64,000 bases of DNA from Octopus sinensis. Its lineage: Eukaryota. A program made the position numbers and the translations under genes. Location: the NCBI RefSeq assembly GCF_006345805.1, contig NC_043001.1, forward strand, positions 4,154,001-4,218,000, given 5' to 3'. Below, in pieces: positions 24,682 to 39,503 of the stretch. Within the stretch, counting starts at the first letter, position 1. Each line of letters begins with the position of its first letter. A model generated the notes under the pieces. The model saw only the letters and a list, made by a program, of their open reading frames with translations, did not search any database and was not told the origin of the DNA.

Positions 24682-24896
24682 TATATATATATATATATAT
24701 ATTATATTTTATTTACTGTGGTTAACCCTGACTCAACCCGGGACCTACATATATATATATACATAGATATACATACGTACCTAGGTTTTGAATCTATAGT
24801 GATACCCCTGGGGCAGCTTATGATGGATGTATTGGTATGTATTGGATTGCTGGTATGGTTGGTATTGTATGTTCGGAATAGTTTTGTAACACATCA

Positions 24897-24977
<81 letters not shown>

Positions 24978-25180
24978 CCATATACCATATACGCCATAGT
25001 GATAACACAGTCGAGTTAACTGTAAACGCGAATATAAATATCTTCTTGCAAATGTAAATATATTCTGGAAAAGTTCTAATTTCAGATTCATGTTCGTTTG
25101 AGGCAAAATTTCATACTTCGTATTCGTATACTCGCAGCTCGAGCAAGCATGCATATTCACCCCGCGTTAGGCTATATATA

Positions 25181-25227
<47 letters not shown>

Positions 25228-25433
25228 CTATATACTGGGTATTTATCTTTGGAATAGTTTTCTTTCCTTTCACGATCTGCCAGAGCAAGGTGAGGAATAA
25301 ATTTGCATTTTTTTGCTTAAAACAACATCCCTGCTTAATTTTCTGGCTTGTGCACACACACGCACCAATTCTCATCACATACAAAGAAATGCGCCATAAA
25401 TGTGTGTGTGTATTTACATAATGTGCACGTTTG

Positions 25434-25487
<54 letters not shown>

Positions 25488-25626
25488 CATGTATAGATCT
25501 ATCCCTGAATATGTATATGTAAATATATGGACAATATTTATGTATGTATATGTACATATATATATATATATATATATATACACACCCACATGCATATATG
25601 TATACATACACACACATAAATATATA

Positions 25627-25672
<46 letters not shown>

Positions 25673-26687
25673 TATATACATGTTCGAGAACACACGCACA
25701 CAGCACAACAATATAGATGCGATATAATTATTTTATTTAGAATCTTTTACATCAACCTGAAAGCGAAAGAAAGTGCTAGGTTTTTATTACCTGTGCAACA
25801 CAATATTAATAGCTACGTACTTAATTCCTTCTTTCAATACGCTGCAATTCTTTTCCAGATCATTTAACTTCCTCCACATGTTATAACCCCATTACACTTG
25901 CAACACTCCTCAACTAGCGTCTTCATCATAATCTGTATATCTCCTCCTTCATTTCTCGTTCCATGTAAAATAATTCATTACACAGGATCTATTTCTGAAA
26001 CTACATTTTCTAGCGCTTTTAAAAATCTCAATAAAATTTCCCTGTCTTTTCATCCAGTTGAATCGACGACTTATACATCTATTGCATGCATATGAAATCT
26101 ATCAGCTCCTAGATTTCCAATAATGGAAATGTTAAGAGAATCAACTCTATCTATATGAAGTGAAATAATAACTTTGTAATAGCGCAGAAGCAAATGTGAA
26201 TTTCAAGGTATAAAAATCAAATCAATGCTTTAAAAGCAAGATTTTTCTGACGATATAAAACTTATTTCTAAGGAAATAGAAAATTCCGAAAACGTCAGCT
26301 CACTCCTGCCCACATTAAAATAGAAAGAAACAATGCCTTGTTGAAAAGATATACAATGTGTTAAATAGTTAAAGAAAATGGAGGAAGTCGAAACTCTGAC
26401 ATGTGCAAAAGATGTTTAGAAATAAAATACATTGTGAATAAAAGATTATTCTGCAAATACTTTAGAGATCATGTAGAAAAGATAAACATAAATATTTTTT
26501 AAAATCTCATCTCTCTCTACCATATCGTCACTAGAAACATCTAAATATCAGAGTATTTCTTTCTATTACTCTGTCTTCATGAATGTGTCCCCTCTCTCTC
26601 TCTGAGTACATATGCAAGTATTTGTATATAAATATATATTTTGTATATACAAGCACATATAAATATATATACACACGCATACAGGCG

Positions 26688-26728
<41 letters not shown>

Positions 26729-26968
26729 GCACATGTGTATATATGTATGGATATATACATACATGAAGACACCCCCATACACACACACATACACACACAC
26801 ACACACACACACCACACACACAATATATATATATACATTGCTTTGAGAAACGTTTTAATACCCCTTTTTATATCATTGCAATAACGTAACGTCTAGAATA
26901 TTTAAATCTCTGTATGTAAATGTCTGTTTTTTTCAGTCCTTCTCTCTCTCTTTTTATGTATATATATA

Positions 26969-27038
<70 letters not shown>

Positions 27039-27930
27039 TTTGTCTCTCAATACATACGTCTGTGTGTTTCTGTCTCTCTGTGTCTGTGTATGTTGATAGG
27101 TAGATAGACAGATATTTACGGCAGTGAGTAAAATCAATACCAACAGGACCTTGGTTATGTGTTCATATACAAACTCAAAGATTACAAAAGCCCCACCAAA
27201 ATAAAATAAGGTAAGAAATCTCTCAACGACAATGTTAATGGTGTGGTGTTTGCGAGGAGCATCTAGTTGCAAAGTGATTTTCTAACTGATCAAATAACCA
27301 ACTCCATATTTAGAATTACACAACGGCAGCATCTGTTAAATTTTAAGGTATAATTTTAGTCAAGATGTTTTTGTGTTTAATTTAGTGTTATATTTCACTA
27401 TTAGTATATCCACAATATTCATACTGATTAAGAATGGAATTACAAAAGAAAACCGCCATTGTGTCAGTTTTTCTATCCTATTTCTTATAGACAAGTAGAT
27501 TGAGTTGCAATGGGCCACGGTTGCAATCGAATCGCCAAACAACGAGATAATATCCTAATTGCTTTACCGAACTTAACAAATTTGGTCATGAACCTTCATT
27601 CGTATTTGCAATGAAATCTGTATAATACATTCTGCATCTAAAGTACGTTCATAATGTTATTAGTGAGTTGATCTTAATAATGACGTTTTTATATTCTGAA
27701 TATGTAAAACGGTTCCGTATATTTTGTATTTATATTTTAGGATATGTTTTCATGACATGTTTACCCATAACAGAACCTCATTGGAATCAGTATTCATATA
27801 ATATTTATGTAGTTTACCATTTTTTTTTTTATTATTTACTTCATCAGTTGTTTTAGCGTGGAGTAAATTGGTCGTGCTTTTTTCTTTCTATTCTCTGTCC
27901 TAGAGAGTTACTAACCATCACTGCGTAAGC

Positions 27931-28118
27931 CATGACGAGGTATGTTCCAATCGATCTGATCAACGGAACAACCTCATCCTCAAATTAACGAGTAAGTTGC
28001 TGAGTACTCCACAGACACGTGTTCTCTGAACATAGTTCTGACGAAGATTCACCGTGACTAACAATGGAAAGATCTTGGCCTTTTCAATTGCAGGTACAAC
28101 TCATATTTGCCAGCTAAG
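27931..28118 (-). mobile_element. 3' module of a family 4-type SINE
   Basis: The reverse complement contains cacgtgtctgtggagtactcagcaactt...gttccgttgatcagatc. Confidence 0.65.
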
Positions 28119-28224
28119 CAAACTACAGCCGTATGAACAAGAGAACAATGCATTGCGAGCAATCAAACGTTTGTGTTATTTGTGGGTGTGTAAAGTGATA
28201 TACGCTTTATGATATTCCTTATAT

Positions 28225-28511
28225 CAGTGGTCCCAAACCTGCGGTCCGTAGAGGTAATACCAGGGGTTCTTGAATTAAATTCAAACTTCCTATATATATT
28301 AGATATATATATATATAATATGTATGTAGTATATATAACTTTAAAATAAGGGTGAAAAGTTTGAGTTAGTATTATTTGATTAATATCAACTTAAAACCAG
28401 TGGTGTAGCATTATGCTAAAGGTAGTCCATAGGGGGTTGTCTAGTTCTAGCATAAGGATTTCCACTTAGTGGTCATCCTGTTACATGTATGTAATATATA
28501 CACACACATAT

Positions 28512-28574
<63 letters not shown>

Positions 28575-28656
28575 ATATAATCATATACATATTGATTAGT
28601 ATATTAAAGTGAGTAGGAGGGGAAACTAATTTAAGTTAAAGGGTTTGGAACCACTA
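28225..28656. mobile_element. Old hAT (Charlie-like) MITE
   Basis: TIRs cagtggtcccaaacc / gggtttggaaccacta match the CAGTGGTTCCCAAAC-type hAT terminus. The 8-bp flanks no longer match. Confidence 0.6.
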
Positions 28657-28739
28657 TCTCTAATACGCTATTGTAATAAATTAGAAAATAATTTAGAGAA
28701 TTACTGGAAAATAGATTCGAAGATTGGGAAGTTCTTTCC

Positions 28740-28930
28740 ATAACATTCATTAATTCTATCCAGTTGCTTTATTTGTATGCGTCGCAATGTATCTTATATT
28801 CATAATGCTGTTAAATATAGGATTGGCCTTGTATTCTACGATAGAGTGTCTCGAATGTTGTCCCATATGTGGACCCTATTTTCACCCTTCTTCTTGTTGT
28901 ACAAGTCACCTTCTGAGAAGCGAAAGGTAA
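28740..28930 (-). pseudogene. Possible very decayed PLE GIY-YIG relic
   Basis: The minus-strand peptide KVTCTTRRRVKIGSTYGTTFETLYRRI..SNWIEL loosely resembles the YIGSTxxTFKxRY..YIWxL segment. The similarity is weak. Confidence 0.3.
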
Positions 28931-30229
28931 ATTCAGATGTGCCTCAATAGAAGCATTCTCATATCTATTGATCTCTCGGAACATGCTTTAGTGTCTGATA
29001 TGCGTACATTTCATTTTATTACTGTAGTTGTAGTATGTATGAGAGGCCAAGAGATATAATGTAATGCTTCTTTCTTTTGTAGGTGGTTTGATTTGATGAT
29101 GGGTAAACACTTTGTCAAGTCTATATTGATTGCTGTATTTACTGACATCATTTGTGGACATACGACGGCCATGGTGGAAATTGTGCCAACTATGTCCATC
29201 TTCTGAAACATTTCAAAGAGTTTATCAGATGACCAGACAGATTACCAGGAAGATTTGCATTATCGGCCTGGAAAATACTAGTGAAAATTATGCCAACTTT
29301 CCATTTTTCGGAAGACAAAAAGAGCAAAAATACAGAAAAACTTCAAATTATTCAAGAGCTGACCAGGCAGATAACCAAGAAGATAATCCGTATTTTCTTG
29401 ATATATGTTTCTTCATGATTTTCTTCAGTCTATTGCTGAGGAATTCTATGTTTGGTCATATATTTGTACGTTCATTGTTCGTAATGATTTCGTGCTTGTA
29501 TTAATAGCTTTGAAATGGATGATTCTTGGGTTTTAACATTCTTGTATAACGGAGAATGGTAAATGCAATTGCATCGTTAGTGGCAGCAATTAATTTGATC
29601 AGTTTCAAATGTGCAATAACACAGCTTTAATATTAGTGAATTTGTTGTTATAATGGATCCAGGTTCAGTCCTTCAACGCAGCATTTTGGGTCAGTTTTTT
29701 TTATCATAATATTCGAACACCAATGCCTTATGTTTGTAAATGGATGTAAAATGTTATGCGTAGAGCAATTATATATGCACGTGTCCATGTGTGTGTTCGC
29801 ATGTGTTTACCTATGTTTTCGTACGATTTCCGCTTGCACTTGATTCCCAATGCTTCAGAAACACTTTATATTTCCAGAAATTAAACGCTTCATGGAAACG
29901 TGGCTTAGAGAATTTTGCCTGACTTAAAATGCGTCCCGGTGTCGATCAGATTAACGAACCTTTGGGGGAAATCCTGCCGGGCTGTAATCGCACCGGAAGA
30001 AAATAAGAATCAGATAAAACTTGAAATGAATACGCACACGCTAATATATATGTGTGTGTGTGTGTGTGCGTGTGCACGTGTGTGTATGTCTATCTGTATA
30101 AATATATACATATATGTATATGTATGTATGCTTTATATATATATATGAGAGACAGAGATGCATATGACGAAAATAATTTTAGGATAGAATTTATGAATAT
30201 TTAATGCATCGCTGCATGTGTTCCCACGA

Positions 30230-30640
30230 ATCACATGACTTTGACACCAGAGTCGGTGTCCTTGCGGTTAGCATAGTGTAATCCCTAATATCCATCGTCA
30301 TCGGATTGAACCTCATCAGTGATCCATTTCATGAAGTGGTCTGTTTTGTTTGAAGGCAAGGAACTGTGCCTCCCCTCGCGCAGCTCGTATTCTCTTTGCA
30401 CCCGAGCAACGTTGTTATGTTCATAGGAGGTTGTACTTCTGTGGTTGCAGCTACCCCAGGCAGGGTGATCCTGCGTTCGTTCCCCAGATGTTAGTATTCA
30501 CCTCAAAGCTCTTTAGTGAGGCTTTGGGTGTATACAGGAAACGCTTTCTCTTAATCTTGAAATAAGATAGCTTTGGTTGGTTTCGGTCATTATCAAGCCA
30601 GCCATGAGTAAATGGAATTCACGAGGGCCTTTATACACAC
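30230..30640 (-). mobile_element. 3' end of an RTE-clade LINE
   Basis: Minus-strand peptides KRKRFLYTPKASLKSFEVNTNIW and QDHPAWGSCNHRSTTSYEHNNVARVQREYELR (cf. RTE KRYKDTLKASLK..W..LAQDRPAWR). Confidence 0.75.
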
Positions 30641-30650
30641 CACACACACA

Positions 30651-30726
<76 letters not shown>

Positions 30727-30833
30727 TACATACATATATATGTATATGCATGTATATAATATATATATATGTGTGTGTGTGTTGTGTGTATGTGTTTGTG
30801 TATTACATGTGGCTATATATATATATATATATT

Positions 30834-30865
<32 letters not shown>

Positions 30866-32502
30866 CGTATAATATAAAACAAGAAGAGAAAATGTTTGAA
30901 ATGAGAATATAAGTTTTACTTGGGCCACTCTAACCATTGTTAGACAAAGAAACTTCGATTATTTTTCAGAGACTTTTTCTGGCTCTATAAGAGTGATGAT
31001 GCTTTGAAGTATTTATAAATGTAATTCTTGTGTGGCAGATCGTGTATAGAAGGTTATGATGCATTAATTAATGTAAGAGGTCGATTAAGTGCGGTGATAG
31101 CTTTATATTCAATGAGATCTACGTGTGTAAATACACAATACTTTGGTAAAACGGGCAGCAGCTACCAACCAATTTGGACCGAGGCGTCCTGCGTGATAGC
31201 AATCACCGTGCTAGAAAGGTGACGCATGATCACGACTCTTTTGTATAACGGATTTCTATATATTCTTGAAGGTTTATTTCTTCCATGAAATACTAAAATG
31301 ACTTCTTAGAAATATCATACTATTTGCTAGTATCTAAAAAATAATAAAGAAATGTCTTTAGAAACCAATATATGTCAAAAGAAAGAAAAAATATTTGAGC
31401 GTGTTTGTATGTGTATATGCACACACACACACACACTCAAATATAGACAGACATACATTTATATGTAAGACACTTAGCATGAGATGTTGCCCGACGCATT
31501 CAGGTTTTGATTTTCTTTATCCATAGAAAAACGCTGAATCAAAGACAATGTGTATCCTGCTTTTGAAGCATTGAATAATGCATTTTTTCTGCGTCTTAGA
31601 CCCAGCTAAAAACGTATCGCGTAATATATACTTCGAGAATCTATAAACCAGTTAGTAATCATTAAAACATTACAACTTGTAAGCTTTCACAAAATTAAAT
31701 AATTTAATGGATACACTGTTTAACATACATTGATACAGTTTAACAAGAATTCATTAATGACATTTTTAAACCAGCCAGCCAACCAAACAACCAACTAACC
31801 AACTAACACGAATAATATACACTTGTAATTCTCAGTTAATATTCGCAAGAGTGACAGAGACACGGAGATAGAGAGATAGAAGGGAAGAGAAAGGAAGTGG
31901 AAGCTAGCTAGATTGACATATAGATAGAGGGAGGGAGTGATACAGAGAGGGGATGTTGGAGAAAGGCCGCTGTTTGCTACGCTATATTTTGGTGTGTTTT
32001 GTGATGGTTTCTTAATATTACGTGTATTGCGCAAGCGGCAGCACTGCCAACCATTATATCAAAATTTCTAAGCACAATCGCAGTTGCAGCCAACAGGATA
32101 TCTGAGATGCTTTCTTATTGTTGCCATTGGCGAAAAAATAGTACAACAGCACCTTATATTACCGTGAGTGGACAATCAACATAACAACACCGACGTGGGA
32201 TTTTGAAAAAAAAGAATGACACCAAAAAAATAATAAAAATTACGGTCAAGTAGCTGCAACTTCCCTTTGTCTTCATTCAACTGAGTCTTTATTCAGCTAA
32301 GTCTGCAAGAGACTTCATTAGCTTTTTACGAATTCCATTACGTATTCTGGAATAATCACAGAGAACTCAGTCGACAGAAGGTTATCAAAGATCTCCATTG
32401 GAAACGGAAGTTGGCCAGAACATAATATACTGCGGTCGGCAGAACTATCATGCAGAAAATCTACCTGTCTCAATCATTGAGCACTTAACTGCTAATCACC
32501 AC

Positions 32503-32580
32503 ATCTATCTATCTATCTATCTATCTACTTATCTATGTATTTATTTATCAATCTATCTACTTATCTATCTATCTTTCTAC

Positions 32581-32618
<38 letters not shown>

Positions 32619-32692
32619 GTCTATCTATCTATCTGTCTTTCTCTCTGTCTCTCTGTCTATCTGTCTGTCTATCTATCTATCTATCTATCTAC

Positions 32693-32736
<44 letters not shown>

Positions 32737-32880
32737 TCTATCTATCTATCTATCTATCTATCTATCATTCTATCTATATGGTTGTCTGACTGTCTGTCAC
32801 TTTGTCTATCTCTCTGTCTGTCTGTATGCTTGCCTGTCTCTCTGTCTGTCTTATCTATATTTCGATCTCTATATCTAATC
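32503..32880. repeat. (TATC)n/(TGTC)n tetranucleotide microsatellite
   Basis: Seen directly. It gives the LSIY pseudo-ORFs at 32398-32991. Confidence 0.97.
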
Positions 32881-33255
32881 TCTCCCTCCGTCTTTATCTT
32901 TATACACACACACAAGCGTGCGCGCACACAGACACACACACACACACACGCACATAGTATAAAGAAGAAAAGAAAAAGCAAACAGGTTTAACATGTACGT
33001 TTAATTTAAATTTAATCATAGGCAAAAAAGGTTTGCTATTTTCAAAGATGTTTCTAGAATATTCCAGCGATGGAACATGGTGTCAAACGAGGCTTCCATT
33101 CCGTCATCGGAAAGACATAGGCTAAACATATGTAAAAGAAAATTCCTCATCAAGGGTAGTTAGTTAGTTACACAAACATGCACACACACACACACACATA
33201 TGTCGTATGTACATAAATATATTAAATATGTATATATTATTATATATATATATAT

Positions 33256-33287
<32 letters not shown>

Positions 33288-34866
33288 ATATATTATATAT
33301 ATATGTATATCTATGTGTATGTAGGTACATATATATATGTATATATCAATGTATATATATTGTATGTGTGTATATATATGCCTGTGCTAGCGGTGGGTGT
33401 TGGTAAACAATTATACCAAAAATACCATCGTGCTAGACAGCTTTCAGATTGTTTAGATTTAATCTAATTTTGGATTCGAGTCTTAATATACGTCGCTATT
33501 CGAAAAGTCTGATTAAATTTGCAAAAAATGGAATGAAAGAACTGGATAACAACAAAAAACACCGACAGATGAAGCAAAACTATTAATGTGGTTTGTGTCG
33601 CATATTTGTGTGATTAAATAGTTTATTCTTCCTGGCACTGACAAAGTAAGTAAACTAAATTCGATTCACATGGATTATCATTGAGACATAAATAAATATA
33701 TCCGAAAATTGTATGTAATATTACTGTTAGTGCGATTACGTCAACAAAATCATAGTAACATCTTTTCTGGTTCGTACAGCATTTAAATATTGACAGCTTA
33801 TATGGGGAGATGAAGTGGTCTCCTCTGTTTAAATGACCGCATAAAAGAAGGAACTATATTATCAGGGAAACGTCTTGAATTAATGACAAAATTGTTCCAT
33901 TGCACAGAGGAATAATATAAACCGTGTGTTAGATATTTTAGTAATAAAGATGATGAAATATGAATTTGAAAATCAGATACTAAATGAGAGCGTGGTCTAA
34001 TTATAGGTATTACAATATCTTCCCATTGTTCGTGCTTAAAGGTATTGCAATGCCGGAATCTCTGTTGCATCTTCAGCAGGTGTCTCAGCGCCACGAGAAT
34101 TTCGTACCTTATAGTGTATATGCACCTAAATACGGAAGCGAGTGCTGTTCCCAACCATAGTCATATTGCATTTGTTTCAGTGCCAGTGAGATCTCCGTAG
34201 TTCCTTTTACTCGTTTCAGTTCCCAGCCAACATTTTTCATTCAACACATACCTTTCAGTTATACCCGAATTTTAGACACACATGTATATTATATATATAT
34301 ATCTATATATATATATTATATATATATATATTATATATATATATACATGTGTGTCTAAATATATATCTCAAGAAAATGGCGAGTGTGAACACAAGAACAG
34401 TCAATATATTAATATGATAGTCAATTTTATTGATTGTTTTTTCTATGTTCAAACTCTCCGTTTTCCTCATTTTATGTTATTAAAATACTGTTCACGTAGA
34501 GCGAATGGATGAAAACATTTATAACGACGATTGGAACTTCATACGTATTAACATTAATATTAACACAAATTAATGAATTGCAAATACATTAATCGATATA
34601 GAGTTAACCGTGTAAGCTTAGGTAAAAACACATCCCTGATTGTATTCGACACTTCAGAAACACTTGCTATATATATATAATATATATATATTATTAGATA
34701 TATATATATATAGATATATATATAGAAATCTATATATATATATACATATATATATGTATTATATATGTATATGTATGGACTATGATATAACAAATTATAT
34801 TATATATAATATATCCTATATATATATATATATATATAATATATATATATCTATATAGATATATAT

Positions 34867-34902
<36 letters not shown>

Positions 34903-35099
34903 CTGTTAATCATATATGCAACATATACATAATATATACATACATTACATATATAATATATATATATATATATAATGTATGTATATAATGTATATATGTA
35001 TATATATATATACATAAATATATATATATATATATGCAAACAAAAGTACCTTGTTGCCCAATTAAGGTTTTATTGTGGGTCAAAAACGTGATTGAGCAT

Positions 35100-36036
35100 C
35101 AAATGAGAAGTCTACTATCGTATCAGTGCTTGGAGAAACAAAAACGGAATTGGAAATATCAAAGATTCCCGGAAGAGATCATGGAACTGTGAAGAAACTT
35201 GTTGAGCCTTCTGCTGTCCGTTCTAGGGCTGACAAGGGTTAATCGAGCGTCGTTTCCAGGCGCACCCTGTCAAGTATAACGATGGAAGTTGCGAAGAACA
35301 CATACCTGACTAGTTGGGAAGTGTTGAAACGTTGTGGTAGGGAAGACATTTCAAAATCTGCCAGATCTCACCTCCTGAAGCAGGTAGCCAAGAACGTGAA
35401 ACATGTTACGAGGCACCTTCTGAAAGTTCTTTTTAAACAAAATAGAGTGAAATGGGCAGAAGACTACATGAAGATTGAATATTCAAAAGTCATATACTGA
35501 CGAATGCCCTGCTACCCTAGCCGGATCAGATGAGGGGAGTAAAGGATGGGTTGCAATTAGCAGAAATCGTTCTCCTCGTCTGAGACGCAAACAAAGGGGA
35601 GGGGGAGACATGATTTGGGCTGGCATCATTGGAGAAAGTGGGAAAGTTCGAGGTGGTATTACGATGACATTTAATGCCTATGTTGCCTTTTTGGATGACA
35701 ATTTGAAGCCATGGTTGAAGAAAAACTTTCATTAAACTGAACGCTAATATAACGCAAGATAATGCGCGGTCCAATGCAGCTAAGAGATCTCTGGAATACC
35801 TATAGCAATTAGGCGGCGTCTCTGGACAGCGTTTGATTACGTGGACAGCGTGTTCACCCGACTTAAGCCCGATTAAGAAATATAAGGAATGTTCTGAAGA
35901 GGAAGATATATAATGATGGATGGTAGCTTTCAACGAAAGATGAGCTCTGGAAAGCAGCGGAAACATATCTGGATTCAAACCAACAAATACTCCGTTATTA
36001 CAATAAACCTGAGTTGACTAATTATTTGACACGCAG
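35100..36036 (+). pseudogene. Decayed Tc1-like transposase (TRT/DD37E-like motifs, 38-residue D-to-E spacing), between (TA)n tracts
   Basis: TDECPATLAGSDEGSKGWV, RLRRKQRGGGDMIWAGII and QDNARSNAAK...WTACSPDLSPIK. It contains stops and frameshifts, and the catalytic E reads K (AAG at 35875). Confidence 0.85.
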
Positions 36037-36041
36037 TATAT

Positions 36042-36087
<46 letters not shown>

Positions 36088-36094
36088 CATCAAC

Positions 36095-36254
36095 GAACTA
36101 TTTTTTCCAGTTCCCCCTACCAAATCCACTCGCAAGTCTTTAGTCGGCCCGAGGCTATAGTACAAGACACTTGCCATTTGACAAGCCGCGCGATTGAAAC
36201 CGGAACAACGTGTTTAGGAAGTAAACTGTTTACCACACAGCCACTCGTGCACCT
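36095..36254 (-). mobile_element. 5' half of a family 1 SINE
   Basis: The reverse complement aligns with 4938-5090. Confidence 0.8.
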
Positions 36255-38051
36255 ATTATACATAAGTTTTATGCATAAAGGTTTGGCAATGGTTTTCATG
36301 GATATTAAGGAAAGTGGAACCTACAATTGGCTCAAGAATAAATGAGACGACAATTAAATACATAGACGTAGCACCTCTTTATCAACCTCCAGCTTGTTTG
36401 GGAAAGAAGCTTTTACATTATATTAACATACAGAAAAAATAGTTACTTTTTGAACCAAATTGGTAAAGATTCTTAATAATGACAGAGTTTTAGACATTGA
36501 AGGAAACATTTAAACAACATATTGACAATAATGATCAGACATAGTAGAAAAATGAAATCTTTTAATACTTAAACAATATACAAATAAGAAATTGAAAAAT
36601 ATCTATAAATCTTGAAAATGGAAATAATTACATAACAATCTCCATAATTGCGATTTTCCAGATATATTCTATATTTATTAATTTTTGTTTTATATGTTTC
36701 CCGAACGAAACATTTTCAAATTATATTCGATACCAATGAACTTTCTACATATTTCTCATACCAAAGAATTCGTAGAAAACTGTTGAATTAAGCCAATTAT
36801 AGCTTGAGATTCTATGGCGAAATTAGAAATCAATTGTAATGTTATATGTCTACAATTGCATTCAAAATAAGGTAGCTAACTGGAAAAACCTATTAACCAT
36901 TGTGCAAAGATTGTATAAAGATTTTATAAAAATAAATGAAGATAGGATTAGCGAAATATGTCAAAACCGTTTAAAATAGAATGCATTTTTAATATTAGAA
37001 AACTGAATAATGAATAAAATGCCAACATAGATATCAGAAAACAAGACGAAGCGTCCTCATAAATATTTAAGAATAAATGAAACTAAATTTCCTTATTTAT
37101 TATTTATAAAGAAAAGAGCAGAAGTAGATAGGAAGACTTCTCATAAATGCAGATTTATTCGCCGAAATAAGATCAAATGCCTGAATCAATTGTTTCCTTT
37201 TGTCTTAATTTACAGTAACAAATCAGGAAATTAAAAAAAATGAAGGACACAAAGAGAGTAACATATGGTTGTTTATTAACTAGTTTATATTAACTAAATC
37301 ATATTAACTAATTAACTAATTTGCATCTAAGAAACGATGTCTTAGTTTCGATTCCATAATACATCTCAATAAGTCGATTTAATATCTGAAATGTAAGATC
37401 TGTTAACGGAGGAGCTCAACACACACACACGCGCGCATATTCTTTCGCATAAGGTGACTGTCTCTGGCGGAGTTGAATATCTAATATTCATGTTTTGAAA
37501 TTCAAGATTTAGGCCCATTCTAGCGTCGATCTGATAACGGACTTTATAACATTATCTTTCAAATTACTTCCTTATTCTTGCTCTCGACATTAATCGTCCT
37601 CTACAAAAATGAAAGACGGTCTAAATCATTATACTTCAGTTCGCTTGAAAGTGCTATAGTGAGACCAGCACGAGTAAAGCTAAATGGACTCATGTTTTAA
37701 CTTAATTGCAATCTAGATGCAAATGAACAAACGTTATGCAAATGAAAAGCCCATTGCATGACTTCCATGCATTGACTGAGGTTTACAAGATCTATGCTGT
37801 GTAAATAACTGTAAGAATGAAAACTTCATATATACAACTCACCCGATTTACTGGAATTGTCTTAGAATTACGCCAATGAAACTGTTTATAATCCAACAAA
37901 ATAAGCACACGATTTACCCATCGTATGAAATACATTCGGATTGTTTCTAATTTATATTCTTTACCACTCGATGTGATTAATCATAACTTGGATTAAACTA
38001 TAGTGCCTGAATGCTACCTATTTCGATCTACTATCATTGCCAACTCACTTC

Positions 38052-38170
<119 letters not shown>

Positions 38171-38471
38171 ATAGTAGATCGTTCGATGTCGCTGGTCGTG
38201 CTGGTGTAACGGGTAATATTTCCCCTAGCATTTCTAGATTTATAGGAAATATTATATTGACAAGGAAATGAACCTTCGGTTCTAATCCAGAACCGATTTG
38301 TCTATAATTAATCCACAGGCTGGGATTTCGTTATTTTCTTCCTTTTTTTGCCATATACGGGTTACAAATTCTGTTTGTTTGTGGAGACTTTTTATAGTAT
38401 CAATTTAGCTGTTATTTCTAATATTTTCGGTATGTGGTTTTGAGCAACTTATTGCAATTAACACTTAAATA

Positions 38472-38532
<61 letters not shown>

Positions 38533-38789
38533 TATCCAATGCACCACTTGCACGGTGTAATTTATTATGATGCTGCAATCCATTCGACGGTTTAAGTTGA
38601 ATTAGCATCAGTTAGAAGTCGTTTGAAGTTGATAAACATAAATGTATAATTACGAATTTCGTTAGCAGTTAATTATTTTGTATTATTAAACAACCTAATT
38701 AATAATTAAACATTTTGCTCAAAAATTTGGCATTAAATAATCATGAAATGAGATCGAAATAGTAGTATGCACTAGGGATGCTGTGACTT

Positions 38790-39503
38790 ACCTGAAGCAT
38801 TTTGTAGCGTGTAGTTGTTTCAATCGTAATGCCTGGCACAACTGCACTGAAGCATGTATTTTTTGCAATGAAAGTCCTGTCTGATACAAAGCCCACTCAC
38901 TGACAGATGGCTTTGATGTGCCGCTAAGCAGAGCTTTTAGGTTTGCATTGGTTTGAACTTACAGTGTCGTTCGTTCATCCGTTTCTGAAGGCCTTGCCGT
39001 GAACATTATAGCAGCATTCAAGGCGTGACGATTTGAGCACTTTGCTGGAGACTCTGCAGCCCGAGCAGCAGCGATGGTTTAAGCCTTACCTGCCGTCCAG
39101 GATTGCGTTGTTGTGATGACTGTGAAGCCCTTGCAGCAGCAGCAGAAATTTCAGCCTTACGCTTCCTTGGGGTTTTGTGCTGTTGCAGCTGAAGCACTTT
39201 TCGCAAGACTCGGCAATGGGAGAGTCCGTTGTTGAGGGAGACTCGGTAGACCTGGCGCCAGCAACAGTTGTAGCATGACGGGCTCGGTGGGTCACAAAGT
39301 CCATTTCTGACTTTAAAACCTGAACGGATACAAAGGTTGAGGGATGTGTACTGCACGGAAAGTGGTTTCGTATGCAACCTGTTAGGACCAGCAGAGGACC
39401 CTTCGTCTTGAATTTCGTAATCTCGATATCTTCTGGCTTTGACGGCAGTGTGAGACGGTATAACAATGTGAGATCTATTTCATAGTTGACACTGCAGGGT
39501 TAT
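38790..39503 (-). other. GC-richer, coding-like island: decayed retroelement ORF1/Gag with Cys knuckles and/or a candidate exon 39090-39491
   Basis: CYNC, KCFSC and PAKCSN occur in different frames. There is also a pyrimidine tract plus AG (39492-93 or 39504-05) and a CAG|GTAAGG donor (39088-89) bounding a 402-nt open phase-2 exon. Confidence 0.4.

Noticed and set aside
26970-27272. Hydrophobic minus-strand ORF resembling a membrane-protein segment
   Set aside because: It runs into microsatellite, has no supported start or splice structure, and T-rich DNA yields hydrophobic translations by chance.
30293-30325. Hammerhead on the minus strand (CTGATGA GG TTCAAT CC)
   Set aside because: It is followed by GATGAC instead of GAAA, with no stems I or III.
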